Notes under the pieces: generated by a model
Databases searched by the model: none
Told to the model about the DNA's origin: nothing
The model's input: only the letters and a program-made list of their open reading frames with translations
Made by a program: the position numbers and the translations under genes
Shown here: positions 46,359 to 55,511 of the stretch, in pieces
How positions within the stretch are numbered: the stretch's first letter is position 1
Layout of the letters: the number at the start of each line of letters is the position of its first letter
Source: Alphaproteobacteria bacterium
GTDB lineage: Bacteria > Pseudomonadota > Alphaproteobacteria > MPNO01
Length of the DNA stretch: 64,000 bases
Direction of reading: 5' to 3'
Assembly (NCBI GenBank): GCA_965248835.1
Contig: CBDFLJ010000001.1
Span: 1,056,001 to 1,120,000 of the forward strand

Positions 46359-47372
46359 TCAGGCTCGGAACGCGGGCAGCACCTCTTCGATGCAGCGCTG
46401 GAGCTGATCGCGCGGCCGGGCCGAGACGAACCGCAGGATCGGCATCGTGCAGCCGGCCTCGATATAGGCGGCGATCTTGTCGATGACCGCCTGGGGCGAT
46501 CCGTAAGCAAGCCAGGTCTCGGCGCGCTCGCGGCTGATGTGCCCGGCGCCGTAATAGGACGTCAGGAAGGTCGTTGCCTCCTCGAACGCCCGGTCACGGT
46601 CCTCATCGATGTTGACCATCATGTGCAGCGAGCCGTCGAAATCGGCGGTATCGCGGCCGAGTTCCTGGGCATAGTCGCGGATCCTGTCGAACCGCGCGCG
46701 GAAGGTCTCCACCGGGGTGCTGTCGGTCTGCCAGCCATCGGCGTGTTTGGCCACGCGCCTGAGGATGCGCTCCAGCGTCCGGTCGTCGACCGCATCCACC
46801 ATCGGGTTGACCGCGATCAGGATCGGCATCGGCGATTGAACCGGCTTGGGATGCAGGTCGACGTCGCGGAACCGGTGGAACCGGCCGGAATGGCTCACCA
46901 CCTCCTCGCTCCACAGGCGGCGCAGGATCGAGATGCCTTCCACGACCCGCCCGGCCCGCTCGCCGGACTTGACCCCCATCACCTCAAGCTCGTGAGCGAA
47001 TTGCGGCCCGTCATGCATCGAGCCGCCGTTGCAGACCGCGAGGATCATGCGGCCTTTCGACAGCACGTCCAGGCTCGCCCATTGCAGCGCGAACAGGATG
47101 GGATCGCGCATCGGGAAGCTCGCCAGGCACACCGTCCCGAGCCTGACCTGCCGGGTGCGCGTGGCCATCGCCGACAGCGTGACGATCGCCTCGATCCGCG
47201 GCTTGGACAGCAGGTTGTCGCCGATCCAGACGCCGTCGAACAGGCCCGAGGCTTCGGCGGTCTCGGCCATGTCAAGCAGATCATCGAGCGTGCCCCAGTC
47301 GAACAGCACCGCCCGGGTCGACAGGCTGAGGCCGAACTTCGCCGTCATCGCGATGGGCGCCGTGTTCGCCAT
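46359..47372 (-). CDS. LLM-class flavin/F420-like oxidoreductase
   Basis: VWIGDNLLSKPR, LDVLSKGR, PKPVQ, ADGW, GSPQAV. Confidence 0.88.
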   Translation of the reverse strand: MANTAPIAMTAKFGLSLSTRAVLFDWGTLDDLLDMAETAEASGLFDGVWIGDNLLSKPRIEAIVTLSAMATRTRQVRLGTVCLASFPMRDPILFALQWASLDVLSKGRMILAVCNGGSMHDGPQFAHELEVMGVKSGERAGRVVEGISILRRLWSEEVVSHSGRFHRFRDVDLHPKPVQSPMPILIAVNPMVDAVDDRTLERILRRVAKHADGWQTDSTPVETFRARFDRIRDYAQELGRDTADFDGSLHMMVNIDEDRDRAFEEATTFLTSYYGAGHISRERAETWLAYGSPQAVIDKIAAYIEAGCTMPILRFVSARPRDQLQRCIEEVLPAFRA

Positions 47373-47389
47373 ACCGGTCCGCTCCGTGG

Positions 47390-48580
47390 CTATTGGAGAT
47401 AGGCGAGGATGGCCCGGGTGATGACCCGGGCCACGTTGTCGAGATGGCTGAGCGGCACGAAATCGTCTTCGAGCACGCCCGCACCGCCGCCGACGCCGTA
47501 CATTACCGCCGGGACGCCGGCCGCGCACGGCCCGCCGGCATCGAACGTGCCCTGGCCGTAATAGGTGGCCGGCTCCTCGCCGTGGACCGCCGCATGGGCC
47601 TCGACAAGCAGCCGGACTCCGCGATGGTCCGGGTCGACCAGGGCAGGCCACATGTGGTTGCCCTGCTCGACGGCGACCTCGTAGGGCGCCAGATCGCCGA
47701 TCGCCGCGCGGACCTCGCCGGTCGCCTCGGCCGGATCGTCGCCCGGCAGGAGCCTGCGGTCGATCCGCATGAAGGCGGTATCGGGCAAGGTGTGGGGGGC
47801 GAGCGGCCGGTAGGTCACCTGATAGGGGATGACATGCCGGCCGCCGAGCTGCGGGTGCCCGCCGGGCAGATCCATCCGCTTGAGGCGGCTCATCACCTCA
47901 TAGGCGCCGTCGATGGCGCTGAGGCCGGTGCCGGGCACGCTCGAATGGACCGCCTTGCCGCGCACCGTGACGTTGACGTCCACCCGGCCGCGGTTGCCCA
48001 GGGATATGGACTGACCGGTTCTGGTCATCAGGACGGCGAACGACGGCTTGACCGGGAGTGCCTCGAGAATCGCCTCGGAGCAGGCATGGCTGCTGCGGCC
48101 CTCATTGTTGACCGCGACGTAGAGCGTGCCGGCGAGCTCCACCCGGTGGTCCAGGAGCAGCTTCAGAATCGCCAGCGCGATCGCCTGATGGGCCTTGTTC
48201 TGGGTCACCCCCTGGCCGAACACGCAGGGCTCGTCATAGCCCCATCGCGCGGCGCGGGCGAGCTTGCCCGACCAGGGATCGGACATCTGGTTGTGGTGCT
48301 GGACGGGGGTGTAGACCTGGATCAACAGGCACGCATCGGAGCGGCCCTGGCCGAGCCGGGCGACGATCTGGTTGCCGGGGGCATCGATCAGGTCGTAGGC
48401 GCCGATTTCCACCAGCCGCGGGCGCAGCACCGCCTGGACGTAGTGCACCAGCTTGGGATCGTCCGGCTCGATGAAGACCTCGGTGCCCATCGCAACGTCG
48501 GCCGGCACCTTGGCAAGCGCGACCAGGGTCTTGGTCAGGTAGTCGGTGTCCAGGTGCGCGAGGATGGCTTCGGTCTGCAT
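47390..48580 (-). CDS. M20/ArgE-DapE-family protein with non-canonical active site
   Basis: Fold motifs VRGKAVHSSVP.GLSAI, DRRLLPG, FDA, P.VMYG; metal ligands appear substituted. Confidence 0.75.
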   Translation of the reverse strand: MQTEAILAHLDTDYLTKTLVALAKVPADVAMGTEVFIEPDDPKLVHYVQAVLRPRLVEIGAYDLIDAPGNQIVARLGQGRSDACLLIQVYTPVQHHNQMSDPWSGKLARAARWGYDEPCVFGQGVTQNKAHQAIALAILKLLLDHRVELAGTLYVAVNNEGRSSHACSEAILEALPVKPSFAVLMTRTGQSISLGNRGRVDVNVTVRGKAVHSSVPGTGLSAIDGAYEVMSRLKRMDLPGGHPQLGGRHVIPYQVTYRPLAPHTLPDTAFMRIDRRLLPGDDPAEATGEVRAAIGDLAPYEVAVEQGNHMWPALVDPDHRGVRLLVEAHAAVHGEEPATYYGQGTFDAGGPCAAGVPAVMYGVGGGAGVLEDDFVPLSHLDNVARVITRAILAYLQ

Positions 48581-48593
48581 CAAACGGCCGTGC

Positions 48594-49349
48594 TCAATGC
48601 ATCGCCGAGCCGCCGTCGCATACCACCGTCTGGCCGGTGACGAAATCGCTGTCCGATGAGCACAGGAAGACCATGGTCCCCATCAGGTCCTCCGGCGTCT
48701 CCTCGCGTTTGATCGCCCGGCTGTCGAGGTTGCGTTCCCTGAGCGGCGCCCACTGGTCGTCCTCGGCGACCTTCTCGCTGATCGTCAGGCCCGGCGCCAG
48801 CGAATTGACGCAGATCCCGTCATCGCCGACCTCCCGGGCAAGCGAGCGCGAGAACGCGATCACCGCTCCCTTGGAGGCGACGTAGTGGAGCATCATCGGC
48901 ACCCCCTTGTGCACCGTCGAAGAGGCGATGTTGACGATCTTGCCGTAGCCGTTCTTCTTCATCTCCGGGACCACCGCCTTGGCGCAGCTGAACACCCCGC
49001 GGGTGTTGATCTCCATCATGCGGTCCCACTCCGCTTCGTCGATCTCCAGGAACGACTTCACCCTGATGTCGGCGAACAGAGCGGCGTTGTTGACCAGGAT
49101 ATCGATCTTGCCATAGGTCTCGATCGTTCGGGCGACCATGGCCCTGATCTGGTCGGGCTCGGTGACGTCGCAATGCATCCCGATCGCCTCGCCGCCGGCC
49201 TGCTTGATGATGTTGACCGTGCGCTCGGTATCGACGATGTCGCTAACCACGACCTTGGCGCCTTCGGCGGCCAGCGCCTTGCAATAGGCAACGCCGATGC
49301 CCCGCCCGCCGCCGGTGACGATCGCAACCCGTCCGTCCAGTCTCGCCAT
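48594..49349 (-). CDS. Short-chain dehydrogenase/reductase
   Basis: TGGGRGIG, NNAA, YVASK, VNSLAPG. Confidence 0.94.
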   Translation of the reverse strand: MARLDGRVAIVTGGGRGIGVAYCKALAAEGAKVVVSDIVDTERTVNIIKQAGGEAIGMHCDVTEPDQIRAMVARTIETYGKIDILVNNAALFADIRVKSFLEIDEAEWDRMMEINTRGVFSCAKAVVPEMKKNGYGKIVNIASSTVHKGVPMMLHYVASKGAVIAFSRSLAREVGDDGICVNSLAPGLTISEKVAEDDQWAPLRERNLDSRAIKREETPEDLMGTMVFLCSSDSDFVTGQTVVCDGGSAMH

Positions 49350-49470
49350 GTCGTCCCTCCCCACGCGTTCGACCGCTCGATGGCCCGGCGGGCCTGGCGG
49401 CCGCCAAGGGTATCATCGCCCTACCGCGTACCCTCCCGGCCATCCACTATAACCGAGTTTTCAAGGCCGC

Positions 49471-50367
49471 CTAACGCCTGGCCTCGACGCGGGCAATGTA
49501 GTAGGTGCTGGCGGCGATGATCAGCGCCCCGGCGACGGTCCAGAGCGAGGGGATTTCGGCGAACAGGAAATAGCCGAACAGGGCCGCATAGATCAGCCGC
49601 AGGTTCTCCGAGGGGCCAACGGCATTGGCTTCGCCAACCGAGAACGCCTGCAGATAGCAGAAGATGCCCGCGGTGGTAAGCGCGCCGATAGCGCCCATCA
49701 TCACCCATTCCATGCCCACCGGCGTCCGCCAGGTCCAGGCGGCGGGGCCGGCGAAGACCGCCATCCCGCCGATGTGATAGTAGAACAGGATCCGGTTGGT
49801 CGGCTCGGTCCGGGCCAGCACCCGGATCAACACGTTGGCGATCGCAAACGCCAGCGCCGCGCCGACCGCGACCAGCGCCATCAGGTCAAGCCCGCCGCCG
49901 GCCGGCCGGATCATGACAAGCACCCCGAGGAAGCCGACGGCAGTCGCTGTCCACCGCCGTCCATCGACGACCTCGGACAGGACGATCACCGCAACCACGG
50001 TGGTGAACAAAGGCTTGGAGAACATGATCGCCGTGGCATCGGCCAGCGGCAGGTAGATGATCGACAGGAACACCCCGAGCTGGGCGACGAAGGCGAACGA
50101 CATGCGCATCAGGTGCAGGCCGATCCGCTCGGTCTTGAGGTCCTGCCAGCCCATGCGCACGAAGACCGGCATGAGCAGGACCATGCCGACGCAATACCGG
50201 AACAGGGTGATCTCCAGGGGATCGAACTTGCGCCCGAGCGCTTTGACGCACACATCGGCGACCGAGAGCATGAAGGCGCCGATGCTAAGCCAGGCAATGC
50301 CGCGCAGGTTACCCGGCAGGCCCGTCCAGTAGCGTTCCAGCGGACCGGCGGCCTGGGGCGCGCTCAC
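49471..50367 (-). CDS. DMT/EamA family transporter
   Basis: Ten TM segments; PLADATAI, LSEVV, FAEIP. Confidence 0.9.
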   Translation of the reverse strand: MSAPQAAGPLERYWTGLPGNLRGIAWLSIGAFMLSVADVCVKALGRKFDPLEITLFRYCVGMVLLMPVFVRMGWQDLKTERIGLHLMRMSFAFVAQLGVFLSIIYLPLADATAIMFSKPLFTTVVAVIVLSEVVDGRRWTATAVGFLGVLVMIRPAGGGLDLMALVAVGAALAFAIANVLIRVLARTEPTNRILFYYHIGGMAVFAGPAAWTWRTPVGMEWVMMGAIGALTTAGIFCYLQAFSVGEANAVGPSENLRLIYAALFGYFLFAEIPSLWTVAGALIIAASTYYIARVEARR

Positions 50368-51560
50368 ATCTGCTCCAGAACCTGGTCGAGGATCCAGTTA
50401 TCGACCGCGTGCACCCCGGCCTCGCGGTGGCTGAACCGGCCGGGACGGGCGTGCGGGGAGGCAAGCCCAAGCTGCTGGTTCTCGGTCGCGGCGTTGTCCT
50501 CGGGATGGGACGCCTCGGTCCGGGCGTAATACCCGCCGACGATCGCGTCGAAGTCCGGATCGCGCGGCGCGGCTTCGGCGAAGCACGAGCCGACCACCAC
50601 CTTTGTCCTGTCCGGCGCCACCGGCCGGAAGGACATCCACCACATGCAGTCGATGGAAAAGACCAGGAACGAGCCCGGGTAGAGCCCGATGAAATACGTC
50701 CCCTCGGCCGCCGGGCCCTGGAGCGACTCAATCGGCGGAAGAATTGCAGCCGCCCCGAGCCGAGCCGCGATCGAGCCGTCGTGGCGGAAGAACGAGCCCG
50801 ACCAGTGGCCGGTTGCGGCAAGCTGGACGGGAAGCTGGTCCTTCAGCGTCGTACGGTGGACGGTGGCGACGTGGTAGCTCTCGCGCTGGTTCTCCAGGCA
50901 GAGCTTCCAGTTGCAGGCCAACGCGTATTCACGCAGGCGGGTGCAGACCATGGTCTCCGCGCGATGGGAGCCGACGAGCTCCGGCAGATTGCCCAGATGC
51001 GCGGCCAGATCCGGCCCGTCTTCGGCGAAGCAGACGAACACGAAGCCCGCCCATTCGGCGAGCCGGATGGGCGCCAGACCGTAGTCGGCGCGGTCGAATC
51101 CCTCGGTCGTTTCCATGCCGGAGGCGGCGAGCAGCGATCCGTCGCGCGCGTAGGTCCAGCCATGGTAGGGACAGCTCAGCGCCCGGCAGGTGCCGCTGCC
51201 CGAGACCAGCCGCGCGCCGCGATGCCGGCAGCTATTGGCGACGGCGCGCAGAACGCCGTCATCGCCGCGCAGCACCACCAGCGGCACGCCGGCCAGATCG
51301 ACGGCCAGGAAATCGCCCGGTCCGGGGACCTGCTCCGCCCGGCCGATCAAGTTCCAGTGCCGGCGAAAGATCCGCTCGACCTCGCGGGCGAAAAATTCGG
51401 GCGCGGTGTAGCATTGCGGCGGCAGGGTCTCCGCGGCAAGCAGCGGCCGGCGAACCGCCGCGTAGCGCACCGGGTCGAACAGGTCGCGATCGCTCGCCAA
51501 GACCGCCTTCGCCTCCTTCGGATCGGCTAGATCAGGTCCGCACCCAGCCGCCGTCGACAT
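50364..51560 (-). CDS. Rieske oxygenase alpha subunit (choline/carnitine monooxygenase-like group)
   Basis: TLPPQCY, NSCRHRG...CPYHGW, NWKLCLEN.RESYHVATVH, EDNAATENQQLG. Confidence 0.88.
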   Translation of the reverse strand: MSTAAGCGPDLADPKEAKAVLASDRDLFDPVRYAAVRRPLLAAETLPPQCYTAPEFFAREVERIFRRHWNLIGRAEQVPGPGDFLAVDLAGVPLVVLRGDDGVLRAVANSCRHRGARLVSGSGTCRALSCPYHGWTYARDGSLLAASGMETTEGFDRADYGLAPIRLAEWAGFVFVCFAEDGPDLAAHLGNLPELVGSHRAETMVCTRLREYALACNWKLCLENQRESYHVATVHRTTLKDQLPVQLAATGHWSGSFFRHDGSIAARLGAAAILPPIESLQGPAAEGTYFIGLYPGSFLVFSIDCMWWMSFRPVAPDRTKVVVGSCFAEAAPRDPDFDAIVGGYYARTEASHPEDNAATENQQLGLASPHARPGRFSHREAGVHAVDNWILDQVLEQM

Positions 51561-52284
51561 ACAGCGTCTGTCCGGTCATGAAGGCGGCATCGTCGCTGGT
51601 CAGGAAGGACATCGCGCCGACCAGGTCGTCAGGCACCTGCTCGCGCTTGATAGCCTGGTTTGCCGCCACGGTGGCGAACCGCTCTTCGGAGCGCGGCTCG
51701 GTCACGGTGGTCCCGTAGGTGCGCACCAGGCTCGGCGCGATGGCGTTGACCGTCACCCCGGTCCCGCCCAGATCGCTCGCCAGGGCCCGGGTGAAGCCGA
51801 TCACCCCGGCCTTGCTCGCAACATAGTGGGTGTAGCCGGTCACCGGGGTGGCCACCGTGTTGGAAGCCATGTTGACCACCCGCCCCCAGCCGCGCGCGGT
51901 CATGCCGGGCACGAACGCCTTGGCCGTCAGGAACATCGAATCGAGGTTGATTGACAGCACCCGGCGCCAGTCCTCGAAGCGCACGTCCTCGAACGGCAGG
52001 TTGGGGAAAATCCCGACATTGTTGATCAGGATGTCGCAGCGCTCGAAGGCTTGCTCGACCGCCGCGGCAAGCGCAGCGACGCTGTCCGGGTCCGCGACGT
52101 CGACCTTCACGCCCAGCGCCTCGACCCCTGCCGCGCGGACGGCCTGCTCGGTCTCCGCCGTGGAGTCCTGATCGGCGATCACGATCCGGGCGCCGTCGGC
52201 GGCCAGCCGCCTGGCGTAAGCCTGGCCGATCCCCTTCGCGGCGCCGGTGATGACCGCGACCTTGTCCTGGTGGCCTTTGCTCAT
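51532..52284 (-). CDS. Short-chain dehydrogenase/reductase (pyridoxal 4-dehydrogenase-like)
   Basis: TGAAKGIG, NNVG, YVASKAGVIGFTRALA. Confidence 0.92.
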   Translation of the reverse strand: MSKGHQDKVAVITGAAKGIGQAYARRLAADGARIVIADQDSTAETEQAVRAAGVEALGVKVDVADPDSVAALAAAVEQAFERCDILINNVGIFPNLPFEDVRFEDWRRVLSINLDSMFLTAKAFVPGMTARGWGRVVNMASNTVATPVTGYTHYVASKAGVIGFTRALASDLGGTGVTVNAIAPSLVRTYGTTVTEPRSEERFATVAANQAIKREQVPDDLVGAMSFLTSDDAAFMTGQTLYVDGGWVRT

Positions 52285-52357
52285 GGCTGTCCCTCCGTCT
52301 GCTCTGCGCCGGACCCGACGGAATGATATCGGAGTTCGCGTCCGGCCGCCCGCAGGC

Positions 52358-52375
52358 ATGTTCCGAACAAACCGG
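52358..52375 (+). promoter_or_regulatory. Putative operator ATGTTCCGAACAAACCGG (copy 1)
   Basis: Palindromic core TGTTC-C-GAACA; 17/18 identical to the reverse strand of 56660-56677. Confidence 0.45.
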
Positions 52376-52441
52376 CGTTGCGGGCCGGGCCGCCGATCCG
52401 ATCCGAACATGCTTTAGTATGCCGGCAGGAGGCGCTGCTGC

Positions 52442-53218
52442 GTGACGGCCGGATACAGCCTGGAGCGGACCGAAGGCCGCGAAGTCGTGCGGATGTCCGC
52501 GGTATCGAAGATTTTCGCCAACGGCACCGTCGCGTTGTCGGGGCTCGATCTCGCGGTGCGCGAGCACGAATTCGTCAGTTTGCTCGGCCCGTCGGGCTGC
52601 GGGAAGTCGACCGCGCTCCGGCTGATCGCCGGGCTCGCCGCGGCGAGCACGGGTACGATCACCAAGACCCGGCAGCCGATCGGCTTCGTTTTCCAGGAGC
52701 CGACGTTGATGCCCTGGGCGACGGTGTTCGACAACGTCCGCCTGCCGCTCAGGCTCGCCGGCAGGCAGGCGGCGGACAGCCGGACGAAGATCGACGAGAC
52801 TCTGGCGATGGTGGGGCTCGACGGGTTCGCCGGCGCCTATCCGCGCGAGCTGTCCGGCGGGATGAAGATGCGGGTCTCGATCGCCCGCGCGCTGGTCACC
52901 GAGCCGTCGTTGCTGCTGCTGGACGAGCCGTTCGCGGCCCTGGACGAGATCACGCGGATGCGGCTCAACGACGACCTGCTCGCGCTGTGGCGCGGCCAAC
53001 GCTGGACGGTCGTCTTCGTCACCCACTCGGTGTTCGAGTCGGTCTATCTGTCAAGCCGGATTCTGGTGATGACCGCACGCCCGGGCCGCATCGTCGCCGA
53101 GGTCGCGATCCCGCGGGCCTATCCGCGCGATACCGGTTTCCGCATGTCGGAGGACTATAACGGCTACTGTCGCGCGGTCTCCGCACGGCTGTCCGAGGCG
53201 ATGTCCGACGGGCTTTGA
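52442..53218 (+). CDS. ABC transporter ATP-binding protein, NitT/TauT family
   Basis: GPSGCGKS, VFQEPTL, LSGGM, LLLDEPF, VTH. Confidence 0.93.
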   Translation: MTAGYSLERTEGREVVRMSAVSKIFANGTVALSGLDLAVREHEFVSLLGPSGCGKSTALRLIAGLAAASTGTITKTRQPIGFVFQEPTLMPWATVFDNVRLPLRLAGRQAADSRTKIDETLAMVGLDGFAGAYPRELSGGMKMRVSIARALVTEPSLLLLDEPFAALDEITRMRLNDDLLALWRGQRWTVVFVTHSVFESVYLSSRILVMTARPGRIVAEVAIPRAYPRDTGFRMSEDYNGYCRAVSARLSEAMSDGL

Positions 53219-53314
53219 AAGGCCGCAAGACCGGCGAGGTCGGTCATGTCCGCCCCTTGCCGTTTCCGCGCAATGTGGCACCGTGCGGCTTTGGGCGGAC
53301 AAGGGCGGGCGGTC

Positions 53315-54541
53315 ATGGACGAGGACCACGCCACGGCGCGCGCGGCAACGCTCCACAACCTGGGGGTCGGGCTTGCCCGGGCCGGCGATCCGGTTGCCGC
53401 GCTCGCCCGCTTCGATGCCGCGATAGCCTTGCGCCCGGACTACGCCCACGCCCATGTCAACCGCGGCGGGGCGCTGCACAGCCTCGGCCGCTATGCCGAG
53501 GCGGCCGAGGCCTACCGCGCGGCGCTCGCGCTCGAGCCCGGTCTTTACGAGATCCACCTGCGGTGCGGCCAGGTCCTGCTCGCAATCGGCCGGCGCGAGG
53601 AGGCGCTTGCCCATTTCGACCGCACCCGCGCGCTGCGCCGCGACCCGGCGGTCATAGGCGATGATCATCCCTCTTTCGCGCAGACATGCCGGCTCAAGCT
53701 GGTCCACGACGCCGCCCAGCTCCGCTACCTGGAGACCCGCGGCATCGAGACCGGGCTGGCCGGGCTTTACGAGGCGGCGGTCGAGGATATCGCCTGGCCC
53801 GAGGACCCGGCCGCTTCCATCGACATCCCGCCCGCCTGGCGCCACCGCCTGGCCGGCAGCTACAACCGCCCAATCCATGCCGGTCCCGCACCGGCGGTCG
53901 CGGGCGGCGCGATCCGGCCGGGAATCGCGGCCGCGCCCGGCATCGCCGTGATCGACGACCTGCTGGAGCCGGACGCGCTCCAGGCACTGCGCCGACACCT
54001 CCTGGAAAGCACGATATGGCACGATTTCAGCCATATCGGCGGGTTTCTCGCCGCCTACCTGGAAGACGGGCTGGCGAGCCCGCTGCTGCTCCAGATCGCG
54101 GCCGAGCTTCGCGCGGCGCTGCCTGAGCTTCTCGGCCCGCACCCGCTGCAGCAGGCCTGGGCCTTCAAATGCCTGACCGGCGCAAAGGGCATCGACGTCC
54201 ATGCCGATTCCGGCGCGGTCAGTGTGAATTTCTGGATCACCCCCGATTCCGCGAACTGCGATCCCGGGGCCGGCGGGCTGATCATCCATCGCGCACCGCC
54301 GCCCGAATTCTGGGCGGTCGAAGACTACGCCAAGGACATCGTCCGCATCCGCCGGATGATCGCCCGCAGCGATCAAGGGGTCGTCGAAGTCCCCTACGCC
54401 GCCAACCGGGCCGCGGTCTTCCGGTCGGTGCTGTTCCACGAGTCCGGCGCGGTCCGGTTCCGACCGGGCTACGAGAACCAGCGCATCAACATCACCCTGC
54501 TCTACGGCGAAGGCGAGCAGGACAGACCCGCCGAACTGTAA
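53315..54541 (+). CDS. TPR-repeat protein with C-terminal 2OG-Fe(II) oxygenase-like domain
   Basis: About three TPRs, then HAD...VNFWIT...NRAAVF..LFHES...RINITLLYG; start could be 53246. Confidence 0.75.
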   Translation: MDEDHATARAATLHNLGVGLARAGDPVAALARFDAAIALRPDYAHAHVNRGGALHSLGRYAEAAEAYRAALALEPGLYEIHLRCGQVLLAIGRREEALAHFDRTRALRRDPAVIGDDHPSFAQTCRLKLVHDAAQLRYLETRGIETGLAGLYEAAVEDIAWPEDPAASIDIPPAWRHRLAGSYNRPIHAGPAPAVAGGAIRPGIAAAPGIAVIDDLLEPDALQALRRHLLESTIWHDFSHIGGFLAAYLEDGLASPLLLQIAAELRAALPELLGPHPLQQAWAFKCLTGAKGIDVHADSGAVSVNFWITPDSANCDPGAGGLIIHRAPPPEFWAVEDYAKDIVRIRRMIARSDQGVVEVPYAANRAAVFRSVLFHESGAVRFRPGYENQRINITLLYGEGEQDRPAEL

Positions 54542-54638
54542 CAAAACTGGAAAAATAATTTTTTTTGGAACGATCCTGGGCTACAGTGCCGGCCATGCGG
54601 ATTGACAGTCCGGCCCGGAGATCGGAGACAATCGCCAG

Positions 54639-55511
54639 ATGCACGACCTGACGGCGTCCGACAAGTACCCGGCGGCCCCAGTTCGCCTGGGCCAGCCCGA
54701 CCCCTACCCCGAACGCAAGGCGGGCGAGTTCATCTGCAACGTGGTGAGCAACGACTGGGTCAACGACGAGTATCGGCTGATGGTGCTCGACGTGCCGGCC
54801 CGCGCGCTGACGGCAGAGGCCGGCCAGTTCTTTCACCTGCTGTGCCCGACGCCCGACGGCGCCGAGGTGTGGATGCGCCGGCCGATGAGCATTTACCGCG
54901 TCGACCGGCCCGAGGCGCGGCTGGAGTTCCTCTACAAATGCGAGGGCCGCGGCACAATCGGCATGGGCACTCTCGGTCCGGGCGATGAATTCAACATTTT
55001 CGGCCCGCTGGGCATCGGGTTCCGGCTGGCGCCGGCGTGGCGGAACATCGTCGTCCTCGGCCGCGGCGTCGGGCTTGCAACGCTCGCGCCGCTGTCCCAG
55101 CTCGCGGCCGCGCGCGCGGTGCATGTCACGGCGATCCTGAGTGCGCGCAGTGCCGAGGTCTTGATGTCCAAGGACCTGTTCGAAGGGCTCGGAGCGGACG
55201 TGATCACCGTCATCGACAGCGACGGCAGCAGCGATGTGGACAACGTCGCGGCGATCCTCGAGCGCCTGATCGCCGGGGGCAGGGCCGATGCCTTCTTCAC
55301 CTGCGGATCCAACCGGCTGCTCAAGCTGATGCAGCGCCTGGGCGCGGCGCACGGCGTGCCCGGGCAGGTCGCGATGGAGCAGCTCATGTGTTGTGCGCTG
55401 GGCGCCTGCTACATCTGCGTCCGGACCTTCCAGATCGACGGCAAGAAGGTCCTCAAGCGGGTCTGCCGCGAAGGCCCGGTATTCGACATCCAGGAGGCGG
55501 TGGGATGGTAG
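54639..55511 (+). CDS. pyrK: Dihydroorotate dehydrogenase electron transfer subunit (PyrK-like)
   Basis: GQFF, RRPMS, GPLG.GF, GRGVG, MCCALGACYIC...VCREGPVF. Confidence 0.88.
   Translation: MHDLTASDKYPAAPVRLGQPDPYPERKAGEFICNVVSNDWVNDEYRLMVLDVPARALTAEAGQFFHLLCPTPDGAEVWMRRPMSIYRVDRPEARLEFLYKCEGRGTIGMGTLGPGDEFNIFGPLGIGFRLAPAWRNIVVLGRGVGLATLAPLSQLAAARAVHVTAILSARSAEVLMSKDLFEGLGADVITVIDSDGSSDVDNVAAILERLIAGGRADAFFTCGSNRLLKLMQRLGAAHGVPGQVAMEQLMCCALGACYICVRTFQIDGKKVLKRVCREGPVFDIQEAVGW

Noticed and set aside
54541-54582. ICE or sigma54 site in the AT-rich tract upstream of pyrK
   Set aside because: Only the left ICE arm (TTTGGAA) matches, and GG-GC spacing is 11 rather than 10.
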